Made by a program: the position numbers and the translations under genes. Shown piece by piece: positions 9,854 through 20,400 of a stretch of 64,000 bases of DNA; positions within the stretch are counted from its first letter, which is position 1; the number at the start of each line of letters is the position of its first letter. Location of the stretch: the NCBI GenBank assembly GCA_020636995.1, contig JACJWU010000001.1:136494-200493 (forward strand), given 5' to 3'. Under the pieces are notes generated by a model that saw only the letters and a list, made by a program, of their open reading frames with translations, searched no databases and had not been told where the DNA came from. This DNA comes from Actinomycetota bacterium. GTDB lineage: Bacteria > Actinomycetota > Actinomycetes > S36-B12 > UBA10799.

Positions 9854-10557
9854 TCTCAGGTTCCCTGCACGACGCCTCCTGGCTCGTCACCGACCGGTTG
9901 GTCGGGGCGAGTCAGGGGGCGTTCGCCTTCGGGAACCTGGCAGTCCACGTCGGCGACGACCCGGACGCCGTCGCGGACAACCGCACGGCGCTGGCCCACC
10001 GGATCGGTGTCCCACAGGTCGTTTTCACACGGGCCGCGCACTCGAACCGGGTCGTCCACGTCGAACGGATCGTGGCAGATGTCCCGGACAGCGATGGGCT
10101 GCTGACCGACCGGCCGGACCTGGCGATCGCCGCCCAGGGCGCGGACTGCGCGATGATCGGTATCGCCACGGCCGACGGCTGGATCGCCGCCGTGCACTGC
10201 GGCTGGCAGGGGCTGGCCAGCGGGGTGGTCACATCCGCCCTGGCGGGAATGGCGGCGGCCGGATCCCGTCTGGACGCACCCCAGGCCCACGTCGGTCCGA
10301 CGATCTGTGCCCGCTGCTACCCGGTGGACCCCGATCGTGCCGCCCAGGTCGAGGCTGTCGCCCCGGGGGCGGTGGTGGCTGACGACGCCGGCTACGCGGT
10401 CGATCTGCGAGCGGGTCTCGCCGACCAGTTCCGCGAACTGGGGGTCACGGCGACGTGGGATCCTCGCTGCACGGCCGAGAGTGACGAGCTCTACTCGTAC
10501 CGGCGGGACGGGCGCACGGGTCGGCAGGCGTTGACTATCCTGCGGAGGTCGGCGTGA
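9850..10557 (+). CDS. pgeF: YfiH/PgeF laccase-domain (purine nucleoside phosphorylase / peptidoglycan editing factor) family protein
   Basis: The GTG start overlaps the ftsZ stop. It contains HSNRVV, a DC motif and HCGWQG, in the conserved position after ftsZ. Confidence 0.8.
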   Translation: MISGSLHDASWLVTDRLVGASQGAFAFGNLAVHVGDDPDAVADNRTALAHRIGVPQVVFTRAAHSNRVVHVERIVADVPDSDGLLTDRPDLAIAAQGADCAMIGIATADGWIAAVHCGWQGLASGVVTSALAGMAAAGSRLDAPQAHVGPTICARCYPVDPDRAAQVEAVAPGAVVADDAGYAVDLRAGLADQFRELGVTATWDPRCTAESDELYSYRRDGRTGRQALTILRRSA

Positions 10558-11300
10558 TCGCGGACGAGCGCACCGCCGAACTGGCCAGGAATCTGCAGGC
10601 CGTCAGGTCGCGCATCGAGCGGGCGTGCGCCGACGCCGGCCGTGAGCCCGCCACTTTGATCGTCGTCACGAAGTTCTTCGGCGCCGCAGACGTCCACCGA
10701 CTTGCCGGATTGGGCGTCAGGGACGTGGGGGAGAACCGCGATCAGGAGGCATCGGACAAGCAGGCCGAATGCATGGATCTGGACCTCATCTGGCATTTCA
10801 TCGGCCAACTGCAGACGAACAAGGCGAAGTCGGTGGTCCGCTACGCCGATCTGATCCACACCGTCGACCGACGGTCCCTGGTGACGGCGCTGGACAAGGC
10901 TGCCGCGCGCCTGGACAAGGTGCAGGACGTCCTGATCCAGGTCAACCTCGACCCCCAGGTGCGTCCGGAGCGCGGCGGGGTCGATCCCGCCGACCTGGAC
11001 GCCCTCGTTGAGCACGTTCAGCAGGCGTCGTCCCTGCGGCTGCGGGGTGTGATGGGGGTGGGTCCGTTGGGGGAGGATCCGGCCCCGGCGTTCGCGAGGC
11101 TGGCCCAGGCGGCCGCCGACGTGCGTCGCGCGCAGCCGGCCGCGGACGTCATTTCCGCGGGTATGAGTTCGGATCTGGAGGTCGCGGTCGCATATGGCGC
11201 GACACACCTTCGGATTGGCACGGCTGTCATGGGCAGTCGGCCGACAGTCGGGTACCGTCGATCCAAGGGCGGGAAGAACAACGAAGGAGAAGCGCAGTGA
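10554..11300 (+). CDS. yggS: YggS-family pyridoxal-phosphate homeostasis protein
   Basis: Contains VTKF (PLP lysine), HFIGQLQTNKAK and GMSSDLEVAV...RIGTAV motifs. Start-stop overlap with pgeF. Confidence 0.85.
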   Translation: MIADERTAELARNLQAVRSRIERACADAGREPATLIVVTKFFGAADVHRLAGLGVRDVGENRDQEASDKQAECMDLDLIWHFIGQLQTNKAKSVVRYADLIHTVDRRSLVTALDKAAARLDKVQDVLIQVNLDPQVRPERGGVDPADLDALVEHVQQASSLRLRGVMGVGPLGEDPAPAFARLAQAAADVRRAQPAADVISAGMSSDLEVAVAYGATHLRIGTAVMGSRPTVGYRRSKGGKNNEGEAQ

Positions 11301-11752
11301 GCAACTTGCGCCAGAAGGTCGCCGTGTACCTCGGGCTCGCCGAGGAGGACTACGGGTTCGAGTACGACGAGCGACACGACCGCGACGAGCACCATGACCG
11401 CGGCGAGCGCGGCCACAGCGGCCGTTCTGACATCGCAGTGGAGTCCAGTGCCGGTGGGTTCGCCCCGGCTCAGGGCCCGCGGCGCATCGAGGCCGCCTAC
11501 GACGTCGTCCGCATGACCCCGTCCGCCTATGCGGATGTCCGCTCGATCGGTGAGGGTTTCCGCGCCGGCGACGTGATCTCGATGGACCTGTCCGGCCTGA
11601 CCGCCGACGACGCCAAGCGCATGATCGACTTCGCGTCGGGCTTGACGTTCGGTCTGCAGGGCACCATCGAGCGGATCGGTGGCAAGGTCTTCCTGCTCAC
11701 CCCGAAGGGTGTTGAGGTCGCCGCCTCCGTGCGGTCCAGCCTGATCTCGTAG
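11297..11752 (+). CDS. sepF: cell division protein SepF
   Basis: N-terminal amphipathic MSNLRQKVAVYLGL, an acidic/His linker and a C-terminal SepF core (VISMDLSGL...AKRMIDFASG). Start-stop overlap with yggS. Confidence 0.88.
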   Translation: MSNLRQKVAVYLGLAEEDYGFEYDERHDRDEHHDRGERGHSGRSDIAVESSAGGFAPAQGPRRIEAAYDVVRMTPSAYADVRSIGEGFRAGDVISMDLSGLTADDAKRMIDFASGLTFGLQGTIERIGGKVFLLTPKGVEVAASVRSSLIS

Positions 11753-11761
11753 GCTCGGACC

Positions 11762-12046
11762 GTGAGCCCCGTTGCCAGTGTCATCGTCAACGTCCTGTGG
11801 CTCTACCTGCTGGTGCTCATCGGGCGACTGGTCTTCGACATCGTCCAGATGCTCGCCCGCGACTGGCAGCCCAAGGGCATCGTGTTGGTCATCGCGGAGA
11901 TCATCTACACGCTGACTGATCCGCCGTTGCGGGCACTTCGGCGGGTCATCCCGCCCATCCGCTTCGGGGGCATCGCGTTGGATGTGGCGTTTCTCGTCCT
12001 GTTCATCGGGCTGCAGATCCTGATCGCGATCGTCGCCCGGTTCTGA
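11762..12046 (+). CDS. yggT: YggT-family small membrane protein
   Basis: 94-aa protein with two hydrophobic segments and the TDPPLRALRRVIPP motif, in the conserved position after sepF. Confidence 0.8.
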   Translation: MSPVASVIVNVLWLYLLVLIGRLVFDIVQMLARDWQPKGIVLVIAEIIYTLTDPPLRALRRVIPPIRFGGIALDVAFLVLFIGLQILIAIVARF

Positions 12047-15000
12047 TCAGGCGCGGCGCAGGGCGACCCGCATGTCCGGGTCCGAAAGCGTCATCGCTGC
12101 AGGTGCCTTGGCCTCGACGATCTCCGTCGCCAGGACCTCCTGAGCGATCAGTTGGCCATGGGTCGCGAAGGCCTGTGACACGCGCTCGTCGTCGGACTGC
12201 CACAGCACGGTGATCCTGTCCGTCACTTGGAAGCCCGAGTCCTTGCGCGCCTGCTGCAGTGTGCGCACGATGTCGCGGGCGGTTCCGAGCACCAGCAGTT
12301 CCTCGTCGAGGTGCAGATCGAGAGCCAGTGACTCACCACCCCCACTGGCCACGGTCCATCCCTCCTGTGGCACCTCGGTGACGATCACCTCGTCGGCGCT
12401 CAGGCTCACAGTCTCACCCTCGACCTGAACGTGACCCTCGCCGCTGCGGATGCCAGCCACGAGTTCCCCGGCGTCGGCGGCGCCGATCGCAGCGGCCACC
12501 ACCGGGGTGCGCTTCCCGAACCGTTTGCCCAACACGCGGAAGTTGGGCTTGACGGTCACGTGTACCAGTGCCTCAGCGTCGGACAGGGACTCCAGCGACA
12601 GCACGTTGAGTTCATCTGCGATCTGCTCGCGAGCCTGCTCATCCAGATCCGACCAGCGGTCGGCAGCTACAAGCGCGCGCGAGAGCGGCTGCCGGATCTT
12701 GATCCCGGATTCGGCACGGGCGGCTCGGCCCAACTCGACCAACCGGCGCACCAGCGCCATGCGCTGCTCGAGGTCGGCGTCGATGAGCCCCTCGTCGAGG
12801 GTCGGCCACGTAGCCAGGTGAACGCTGTCCACGCCTTCGGAGGTGGCGAAGAGGTCCTGCCACAGCCTCTCCGTGACGAATGGCGTGAACGGCGCCATGA
12901 TCAGCAACAGGTCGCGCAGGCAGGCGTGCAGGGTCTGCAGCGCGGTCGGATCAGCGTTCCAGAACCGACGCCGGGACCTGCGGACGTACCAGTTGGAGAG
13001 ATCGTCGATGAGATCTGCGATCAACCGGCCGGCGCTCTGGGAGTCGAAGCGCTCCAAGGCGGCATCCACGTCGCGCACCGTGCTGGCGGTGCGCGACAGT
13101 GCCCAGCGGTCCATGAGGGTGGGTTCGCCACCGGCCTGACCCGGCTGCCAGTCCGAGAGTCCCCCGTACAGGGACTGGAACGACGCGATGCTCCACAGCG
13201 TGGACAGAACCTTGCTCACGACCTCCTGCATCGCCTCCGCGCTCACGCGGCGGGCCTGCCAGGGGGATCCTGACGCGAGCATGAACCAGCGCAGGGCGTC
13301 CGCCCCCTGTGCGTCCATCAGCGGGATCGGTTCCAGCACGTTGCCGAGGTGCTTGCTCATCTTGCGGCCCTCGGCATCGAGGATGTGACCCAGGCACACG
13401 ACATTGCGGTACGAGTTGCTGCCCGTGACCAACGTGCCCACGGCCATGAGCGTGTAGAACCAGCCGCGGGTCTGGTCGATCGCCTCGCAGATGAAGTCCG
13501 CGGGGTACGACTTCTCGAACTCCTCCACGTTCTGGGCCGGGTAACCGAACTGCGCGAACGGCATCGCTCCCGAGTCGTACCAGCAGTCGATCACCTCGGG
13601 AACCCGGGTCGCCGTCGCGTCACAGTGCGGGCATTCGAACGTGATGTCGTCGACGTAGGGACGGTGGGGGTCGATCCCCGCGACGTCTTCGCCTGCCAGC
13701 TGCGCGAGTTCGGTGCGCGAGCCCACCGCGGTCAGATGGTCGTTCTCGCAGCGCCAGATCGGAAGCGGGGTCCCCCAGTACCGGGAGCGCGAGAGCGCCC
13801 AGTCGATGTTGTTGCGCAGCCAGTCCCCGTAGCGGCCCCACTGGATGGTCTCGGGGAACCAGTTCGTCGCTTCGTTCTGTGCCAGCAGCGCGTCCTTGGC
13901 CGCAGTCGTGCGGATGTACCAAGAGGGCAACGCGTAGTAGATCAACGGTGTGTGGCAGCGCCAGCAATGCGGATAGGCGTGCTCGTAGGGCACACGTTTG
14001 AACAGCAGTCCCCGGTTCTGCATGTCCGCCACGAGTGCCTCGTCGGCGTGCTTGAAGAACTGGCCACCGACCAGTTCGACATCCTCCTCGAACGTGCCGT
14101 CCGGACGCACCGGGTTGACCACCGGCAGGCCGAAGCCGCGACACACGGCGAGGTCGTCGGCGCCGAATGCGGGCGCCAGATGCACGATCCCGGAGCCGTC
14201 GGTCGTCGTGACGAACCCGCCGGGGATCACGTAGTGGGCATCGGGGATCTCCACGAGGTCGAACGGCGGGCGGTAGTGCAGGCCCTCGAGGTCCCGTCCG
14301 GGCATCCGGGCCAGGATCTCGGCGTCCTCGCCGAGCGTGGCGGCCAGCAGATCCTCCGCCACCACCAGGGTCCGGTCGCCGGTCCGGGCGACCACGTAGC
14401 CGGCGTCGGGGGCGACGGCCACCGCGGTGTTCGACACCAGCGTCCAGGGGGTGGTGGTCCAGACCAGCAACTGCACGCCCGGAAACCTGGTGGCGAGCTC
14501 TCCGTCGAGCACCTCACAGGTCACGAAGACCGAGGGGTCCACAACCGTCTCATAACCCTGCGCGAGCTCGTGGTCGCTGAGAGTGGTGCCGCACCTGGGG
14601 CAGAACGGCGACACGCGGTGATCCTGCTCCAGAAGCCCGTCGTCGAAGATCTTCTTCAGCGACCACCAGACGCTGTCGATGTACTCCGGCGACATCGTCC
14701 AGTAGGCCTGATCCATGTCGACCCAATACCCCATGCGGGAGGTCATCTCCGAGAAGGCGTCGACATGTCGCAGCACGGACTCCCGGCAGCGGTCGTTGAA
14801 CGCCTCGATGCCGTACGCCTCGATGTCCGGCTTGCCGTTGAAGCCCAGTTCGCGTTCCACCGCGAGTTCCACCGGCAGGCCGTGGCAGTCCCACCCGGCC
14901 TTGCGCGGTACGTGGTAGCCCTTCATCGTCCGGTATCTCGGGTACAGGTCCTTGAACACCCGTGCCTCGACGTGGTGGACACCGGGGGTGCCGTTCGCGG

Positions 15001-15145
15001 TCGGTGGACCCTCGTAGAAGGTCCACTGGGGGCCGTCGGCGGTCTGCCGCAGCGAGCGATGGAAGACGTCGTTCTTCTGCCAGAAGGCGATGATCTCGCG
15101 CTCCATCTGCGGCAGATCGATCTTCGCGGGCACCGGGCGGTACAT
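12047..15145 (-). CDS. ileS: isoleucine--tRNA ligase (long actinobacterial type)
   Basis: 1032-aa class I aaRS with a PPTANG..GVHHV HIGH-like region, KMSKHLGN (KMSKS) and zinc-type CxxC pairs. Its stop codon abuts the yggT stop with 0 nt between them. Confidence 0.95.
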   Translation of the reverse strand: MYRPVPAKIDLPQMEREIIAFWQKNDVFHRSLRQTADGPQWTFYEGPPTANGTPGVHHVEARVFKDLYPRYRTMKGYHVPRKAGWDCHGLPVELAVERELGFNGKPDIEAYGIEAFNDRCRESVLRHVDAFSEMTSRMGYWVDMDQAYWTMSPEYIDSVWWSLKKIFDDGLLEQDHRVSPFCPRCGTTLSDHELAQGYETVVDPSVFVTCEVLDGELATRFPGVQLLVWTTTPWTLVSNTAVAVAPDAGYVVARTGDRTLVVAEDLLAATLGEDAEILARMPGRDLEGLHYRPPFDLVEIPDAHYVIPGGFVTTTDGSGIVHLAPAFGADDLAVCRGFGLPVVNPVRPDGTFEEDVELVGGQFFKHADEALVADMQNRGLLFKRVPYEHAYPHCWRCHTPLIYYALPSWYIRTTAAKDALLAQNEATNWFPETIQWGRYGDWLRNNIDWALSRSRYWGTPLPIWRCENDHLTAVGSRTELAQLAGEDVAGIDPHRPYVDDITFECPHCDATATRVPEVIDCWYDSGAMPFAQFGYPAQNVEEFEKSYPADFICEAIDQTRGWFYTLMAVGTLVTGSNSYRNVVCLGHILDAEGRKMSKHLGNVLEPIPLMDAQGADALRWFMLASGSPWQARRVSAEAMQEVVSKVLSTLWSIASFQSLYGGLSDWQPGQAGGEPTLMDRWALSRTASTVRDVDAALERFDSQSAGRLIADLIDDLSNWYVRRSRRRFWNADPTALQTLHACLRDLLLIMAPFTPFVTERLWQDLFATSEGVDSVHLATWPTLDEGLIDADLEQRMALVRRLVELGRAARAESGIKIRQPLSRALVAADRWSDLDEQAREQIADELNVLSLESLSDAEALVHVTVKPNFRVLGKRFGKRTPVVAAAIGAADAGELVAGIRSGEGHVQVEGETVSLSADEVIVTEVPQEGWTVASGGGESLALDLHLDEELLVLGTARDIVRTLQQARKDSGFQVTDRITVLWQSDDERVSQAFATHGQLIAQEVLATEIVEAKAPAAMTLSDPDMRVALRRA

Positions 15146-15226
15146 TCGGCTCCTTCGTCGGGTTCCCTTCGAGGGTAGCGATGCCGTGCGCGAGTGTTCG
15201 TGTCACGTGGTGCGTACGGTGGGCTC

Positions 15227-15514
15227 ATGGCCGTACCGACGTTCCGCGCGGCGGTCTGGGCCAAGCCGGGATCGCGGCGGACGGCCGTCGGCGGCGGGTA
15301 CGGGGAACCTCCGGCACTGGTCGTGCGAGTGGCTGCTGCGGCGGTGGATGGGGCCGCCAACAAGGCCGTGGTGGCCGCCCTCGCCGAGGCGTTCGGAATC
15401 CGCCGGTCGTCGATCCGCATCGTGTCCGGCCAGTCATCGCGGGCCAAGCGCATCGAGATCGTCGGAGCCCCGGAGGACCTGCCCGGGCGGTGGGCGGATC
15501 TTGCCGGCCGGTGA
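15227..15514 (+). CDS. DUF167 (YggU-like) family protein
   Basis: ~95-aa ORF from ATG 15227 (MAVPTFRAAVWAKPGS...ANKAVVAALAEAFGI...IVSGQSSRAKRIEI), matching the DUF167 pattern as I recall it. Confidence 0.6.
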   Translation: MAVPTFRAAVWAKPGSRRTAVGGGYGEPPALVVRVAAAAVDGAANKAVVAALAEAFGIRRSSIRIVSGQSSRAKRIEIVGAPEDLPGRWADLAGR

Positions 15515-15558
15515 GCCCTGTGCCGCCGGTCAGGACACGCCGGTCTACCGTGTTCGCA

Positions 15559-16065
15559 ATGAAGCATCCCGCTGTCCTCGTTGCGTGGGCCACTGCGGCC
15601 GCCGTGATCCTCGTGGATCAGGTGACCAAGGCCTGGGCGGTCGCGTCGCTGGAGGGGCAGCCGGATCGCCAGGTCATCGGTGACCTGCTGCGCCTGAGCT
15701 TCGTCCGCAACCCGGGAGCGGCCTTCGGGCTCGGGGGAGGTGCGACGATCGTGTTCAGCCTGGTCGCGGTCGCGGTGGCCGTGGTGTTGGTGCGGATGTC
15801 GACACGACTGGTGTCCATGTGGTGGGCGGTGGCACTCGGGCTGATGCTCGGCGGGGCACTGGGCAACTTCATCGACCGACTGTTCCGGGAGCCGGGGGCG
15901 TTGCAGGGGCATGTGGTCGACTTCGTACGATTACCCAATTTCCCGGTGTTCAACGTGGCCGATATGAGCCTGACGACGGCGGCGATCATGATCGTGGCGC
16001 TGAGCCTGTTCAACGTGCCGTACGACCGTCCGCGCCATGAGGCCGCGGATGCCGCGACGGCATGA
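15559..16065 (+). CDS. lspA: lipoprotein signal peptidase II
   Basis: ATG 15559. It has four hydrophobic segments and the NPGAAFG and FPVFNVADM catalytic-Asp motifs. Confidence 0.88.
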   Translation: MKHPAVLVAWATAAAVILVDQVTKAWAVASLEGQPDRQVIGDLLRLSFVRNPGAAFGLGGGATIVFSLVAVAVAVVLVRMSTRLVSMWWAVALGLMLGGALGNFIDRLFREPGALQGHVVDFVRLPNFPVFNVADMSLTTAAIMIVALSLFNVPYDRPRHEAADAATA

Positions 16066-16973
16066 CCGAGCGCTCGTACCCCGTTCCCGAGGGGCTGGAC
16101 GGTCACCGCCTGGATCAGGCACTGTCCCGGATGCTGGGGCTGTCGCGAAGCAAGGCCGCGGACCTTGTGGATCGTGCGCTGGTCACTGTGGACGACGAAC
16201 TGGTGCCCAAGTCCTCGCGGGTACTCGTGGACCAGGTGATCACGGTGCAGGACCTCGACGAGTCGCCCGTGCCGCCGCCGGCCATGGACCTGCCGATCCT
16301 GTACGCCGACGACGACATCATCGTCGTGGACAAGCCGGTCGGAATGGCCGCACATGCCAGTCCCGGGTGGGAGGGACCGACTGTGGTGAACGCCCTGGCG
16401 AGGGCAGGTTTCCAGATCGCCGCCGTCGGCCCCGACGAACGACAGGGGATCGTGCACAGGCTCGACGTGGGCACCAGCGGGGTGATGGTGGTGGCGAAGT
16501 CCGCCCGTGCATATTCCGCGCTCAAACGGGCGTTCAAGAGTCGTGAGGTGGACAAGACCTACCACGCGCTCGTCCAAGGGCACCCGGATCCGGCCGCTGG
16601 CACCGTCGACGCGCCGATCGGGCGGGATCCGCGCCACGCACATCGGTTCGCGGTGACCCCCGATGGCAGACCCAGTGTCACCCACTACGAAACCGTTGAG
16701 AGCCACCGCTTCGCCAGCCTGCTCGAGATCACTCTGGAGACCGGCCGGACCCATCAGATCCGCGTGCACATGTCAGCCTTGCGGCATCCGTGCTGCGGGG
16801 ATCGCACGTATGGCGCGGATCCGGCACTGGCCGCGCGCCTCGGGCTGACGCGTCAGTGGCTGCACGCGGTCCGTCTGCGATTCCGCCACCCGGGCACCGG
16901 CGAGCAGGTGACGTTCGTGAGCCCGTATCCGGCGGATCTGGACCACGCGCTCGAGGTGATCCGCGAGGGCTGA
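16062..16973 (+). CDS. rluD: RluA/RluD-family 23S rRNA pseudouridine synthase
   Basis: The ATG overlaps the lspA stop. It has an S4-like N-terminus and the [16 protein letters not shown] and [10 protein letters not shown] motifs. Confidence 0.88.
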   Translation: MTERSYPVPEGLDGHRLDQALSRMLGLSRSKAADLVDRALVTVDDELVPKSSRVLVDQVITVQDLDESPVPPPAMDLPILYADDDIIVVDKPVGMAAHASPGWEGPTVVNALARAGFQIAAVGPDERQGIVHRLDVGTSGVMVVAKSARAYSALKRAFKSREVDKTYHALVQGHPDPAAGTVDAPIGRDPRHAHRFAVTPDGRPSVTHYETVESHRFASLLEITLETGRTHQIRVHMSALRHPCCGDRTYGADPALAARLGLTRQWLHAVRLRFRHPGTGEQVTFVSPYPADLDHALEVIREG

Positions 16974-17094
16974 GGAAGGCCCGGTGCGGACCTGGCGGTG
17001 TGTGCAGTGGACCCGTTCGTGGATCATTGTGCGGTGGAAGTGTTCGACGTTGCCCGTTGGTCTGAGGAGCGTGTGGGCTTGCTGCTGGCCCCCG

Positions 17095-17209
17095 TCCGGT
17101 TAGAGATCGGCATGTTGGTTAGTCGGCGGCAGGTTGGTTAGAGTCCCACGGCCGTATAAGGCTAACCGGAGTGATGTATCTCTATCCAGGATGCCGATCT
17201 CTAACCGGA
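17095..17209. repeat. 115-bp element bounded by a perfect 19-bp inverted repeat (TCCGGTTAGAGATCGGCAT / ATGCCGATCTCTAACCGGA) with internal GGTTAG/CTAACC copies
   Basis: Read directly. The arms are 17095-17113 and 17191-17209. The interior holds TTGGTTAG at 17115 and 17134 and CTAACCGG at 17162. Confidence 0.7.
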
Positions 17210-17427
17210 GCACCGGCCCCAGCCGCTAGCCTGGCCAAGCTGTCTGGACATGAGGAGGTGCAGAGCGATCACTCCGGTTGGCCGCATGTGACCAGCCGGA
17301 CGGCCGGTCCGCCGAGCGGGGGTACCCCAGTTCGGTGCAGCCGCTGTCCATTCCGTGGCGCGTCCTGACCCTGCGCTTCGCAACCTCGGCTTAGGCTGGA
17401 GACCCCGTTCCAGCGTTGAGGTGATCC

Positions 17428-20400
17428 ATGTCGGACTCGTTCGTGCATCTGCATGTGCATACCGAGTACTCGATGCTGGACGGCGCCGCGCGGCTCGACG
17501 ACCTGTTCACCGAGGCCGCCCGACTCGAGATGCCCGCGATCGCCATGACCGACCACGGCAACGTGTTCGGTGCCTATGAGTTCTACAAGAAGGCGCAGAA
17601 GTACGGGGTCAAGCCCATCATCGGCATCGAGGGGTACTACGCCCCGCAGGGCCGGCACACCCGCGCTCCCTACGACTTCGGGGAGGTGCCCGGCGACGAC
17701 GTCGGTGAGGACGGCGTGCCGACCACAAAGGGCAAGCAGGCCTATACCCACATGACTGTGCTGGCCGAGACCACCGAGGGCATGCACAACCTGTTCAAGT
17801 TGTCGAGTCTGGCCAGCATCGAGGGGTACTACCGCAAACCCCGCTTCGACCGGGAGTTGCTCGACCAGTTCGGGAAGGGTCTGATCGCGACCACGGGCTG
17901 CCCCAGCGGGGAAGTGAACATGTGGCTGCGCGCCGGGCAGTACGACAAGGCGCTGGCGGCGGCTGCGGACTTCCGGGACATCCTCGGCGCCGGCAATTTC
18001 TACTGCGAACTGATGGACCACGGCCTGGACATCGAACGCCGGCACCGTGAGGACCTGCTCAAGATCGCGCGCACCCTCGACCTGCCACTGGTCGCGACCA
18101 ACGACCTGCACTACGTGCGCGAGGAGGACGCCGACGCGCATGACGTCCTGTTGTGCATCGGGACCCGGGCGACCGTCAACGACGAGAAGCGCTTCCGGTT
18201 CAACGGCTCCGGCTACTTCCTGAAGTCCCCGGAGCAGATGCGTGCCGTCTGGTCGGAACTGCCGGAGGCATGCGACAACACACTGCTGATCGCCGAGCGC
18301 TGCAACGTGGAGTTCGACGACTCCGCCAACCTCATGCCCCGCTTCGACGTGCCCGAGGGCGAGACGGAGGAGTCCTGGCTTGCCAAAGAGGTCATGCGCG
18401 GTCTGCAGGCGCGATTCGCGCCGCACCCGGTCCCCGAGGCACATCGCACGCAGGCCGACTACGAGATCAGCGTCATCAACCAGATGGGGTACCCGAGTTA
18501 CTTCCTGGTCGTGGCCGACCTGGTGCGTTACGCCAAGGAGAACGGGATCCGGGTCGGCCCGGGCCGTGGCTCGGCAGCCGGTGCGCTCATCGCCTGGGCG
18601 ATGGGTATCACCGAACTCGATCCCATCGAACACGGCCTGATCTTCGAGCGGTTCCTCAACCCCGACCGTGTGTCGATGCCAGACATCGACATGGACTTCG
18701 ACGAGCGCCGGCGCGGCGAGATGATCCGCTACGCCACGCAGAAGTACGGTGCGGACCAGGTCGCGCAGATCGTGACCTACGGCTCGATCAAGGCGAAAGC
18801 GGCGATCAAGGACTCCGCGCGGGCACTCGGCCTTCCGTATGCGCTCAGTGACCAGATCACCAAGGCCATGCCCGACCCGGTCATGGGTAAGGACATCCCA
18901 CTGCACGGGATCTTCGACAAGGCCCACCCCCGGTACGCGGAGGCTGCGGACTTCCGCACGCTGCACGACGCCGACCCGCAGGTACAGCAGGTGGTGGCGA
19001 CGGCCCGCGGGCTCGAAGGCCTGAAACGCCAGCCGGGGGTGCACGCCGCCGGCGTCATCCTGTCGCGTGCCAAGCTGCTGGACGTCGTGCCGTTGTGGAT
19101 GCGCGACGACGGTTCGATCATCACGCAGTTCGACATGGGCGCCTGCGAGGAGCTCGGCCTGTTGAAGATGGACTTCCTGGGGTTGCGCAACCTCACCGTC
19201 CTCGACGACTGCTTGGCCAACATCGAGCGCAACAAGGGCGAGTCCGTGGTGCTCGAGGATCTGCCGCTGGACAACGCCGAGGCCTACCGGCTGCTGGGAC
19301 GGGGCGACACCCTCGGCGTCTTCCAACTCGATGGCGGACCCATGCGTGCGCTGCTGCGCTCCATGAAGCCCGACTCGTTCGACGACATCAGCGCGGTGCT
19401 GGCGCTCTACCGGCCGGGGCCCATGGGTGCCAACGCGCACAACGACTACGCCGACCGGAAGAACGGCCGGCAACCGGTCACACCCATTCATCCAGAACTG
19501 GCCGACTCCCTCGAGGACATCCTCAACGAGACCTACGGTGTGATCGTCTACCAGGAACAGGTCATGACGATCGCACAGCGGGTGGCCGGCTACAGCCTCG
19601 GACAAGCGGATCTGCTGCGCCGTGCGATGGGCAAGAAGAAGAAGGAGATCCTGGACAAGGAGTTCGGGCCCTTCGCCGAAGGGATGCGTGCCAACGGATA
19701 CTCCGACGACGCGATCAACACGCTGTGGGAGATCCTCGTCCCGTTCGCGGACTATGCGTTCAACAAAGCGCACTCCGCCGGCTACGGCCTGGTGTCGTAT
19801 TGGACGGCGTACCTCAAGGCGAACTACCCGACGGAGTACATGGCGGCTCTGCTGGAGTCGGTCAAGGACAACAAGGACAAGAGCGCCGTCTACCTCGCCG
19901 AGTGCCGACACATGGGCGTGAAGGTGCTGCCCCCGGACGTCAACGACTCGCAGTCCCGGTTCACCGCCGTGGACGACACGATCCGGTTCGGGCTGTCCGC
20001 TGTGCGCAACGTCGGGGAGGCGGTGGTGGAGTCGATCATCGCGTCCCGTACCGCGAAGGGGCGCTTCGCCGACTTCCCGGACTTCTTGGACAAGGTGGAG
20101 GCCTCCGCGTGCAACAAGCGCGTGGTCGAGTCGCTGATCAAAGCGGGAGCCTTCGACTCCCTCGGGCACACCCGCCGCGGGGTCATCAGCATCCACGAGG
20201 CTGCGGTCGACGAAGCCCTGGGCAAGAAGCGCGCCGAGGCGATCGGACAATTCGACCTCTTCGGGGACATGGCCGACGACGACCAGGATGCGTCGATGGT
20301 GTTGCAGATCCCGGTCGGCGAGTGGGACAAGTCAGTGTTGCTGGCTCATGAGCGGGAGATGCTCGGGCTGTACGTCTCGGACCACCCCCTGTTCGGCCTC

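Noticed and set aside
13349-15178. 609-aa plus-strand ORF antisense to ileS (and similar cases at 32167-33690 opposite rimO/ftsK, 38111-39349 and 36200-37243 opposite lhr, 59213-60742 opposite the fucosidase gene, 545-1516 opposite murD)
   Set aside because: Same reasoning. Each overlaps a confidently identified gene on the other strand and has an Arg/Pro/Gly-biased composition typical of out-of-frame GC-rich sequence.
15146-15420. Possible T-box leader upstream of ileS, as known for actinobacterial ileS
   Set aside because: Only 81 bp separate ileS from the divergent DUF167 gene. Reading the minus strand for ~275 nt, I found no T-box sequence (GGTGGnACCGCG-like) or specifier-loop arrangement. 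The nearest resemblance (GGTGCGTACGGTGGG) is on the wrong strand.
17269-20250. 993-aa ORF on the minus strand, antisense to dnaE
   Set aside because: It lies entirely opposite a gene with unmistakable DnaE sequence. The translation is Arg/Gly/His/Val-rich low-information text with no motifs. Long antisense ORFs are expected at ~70% GC.
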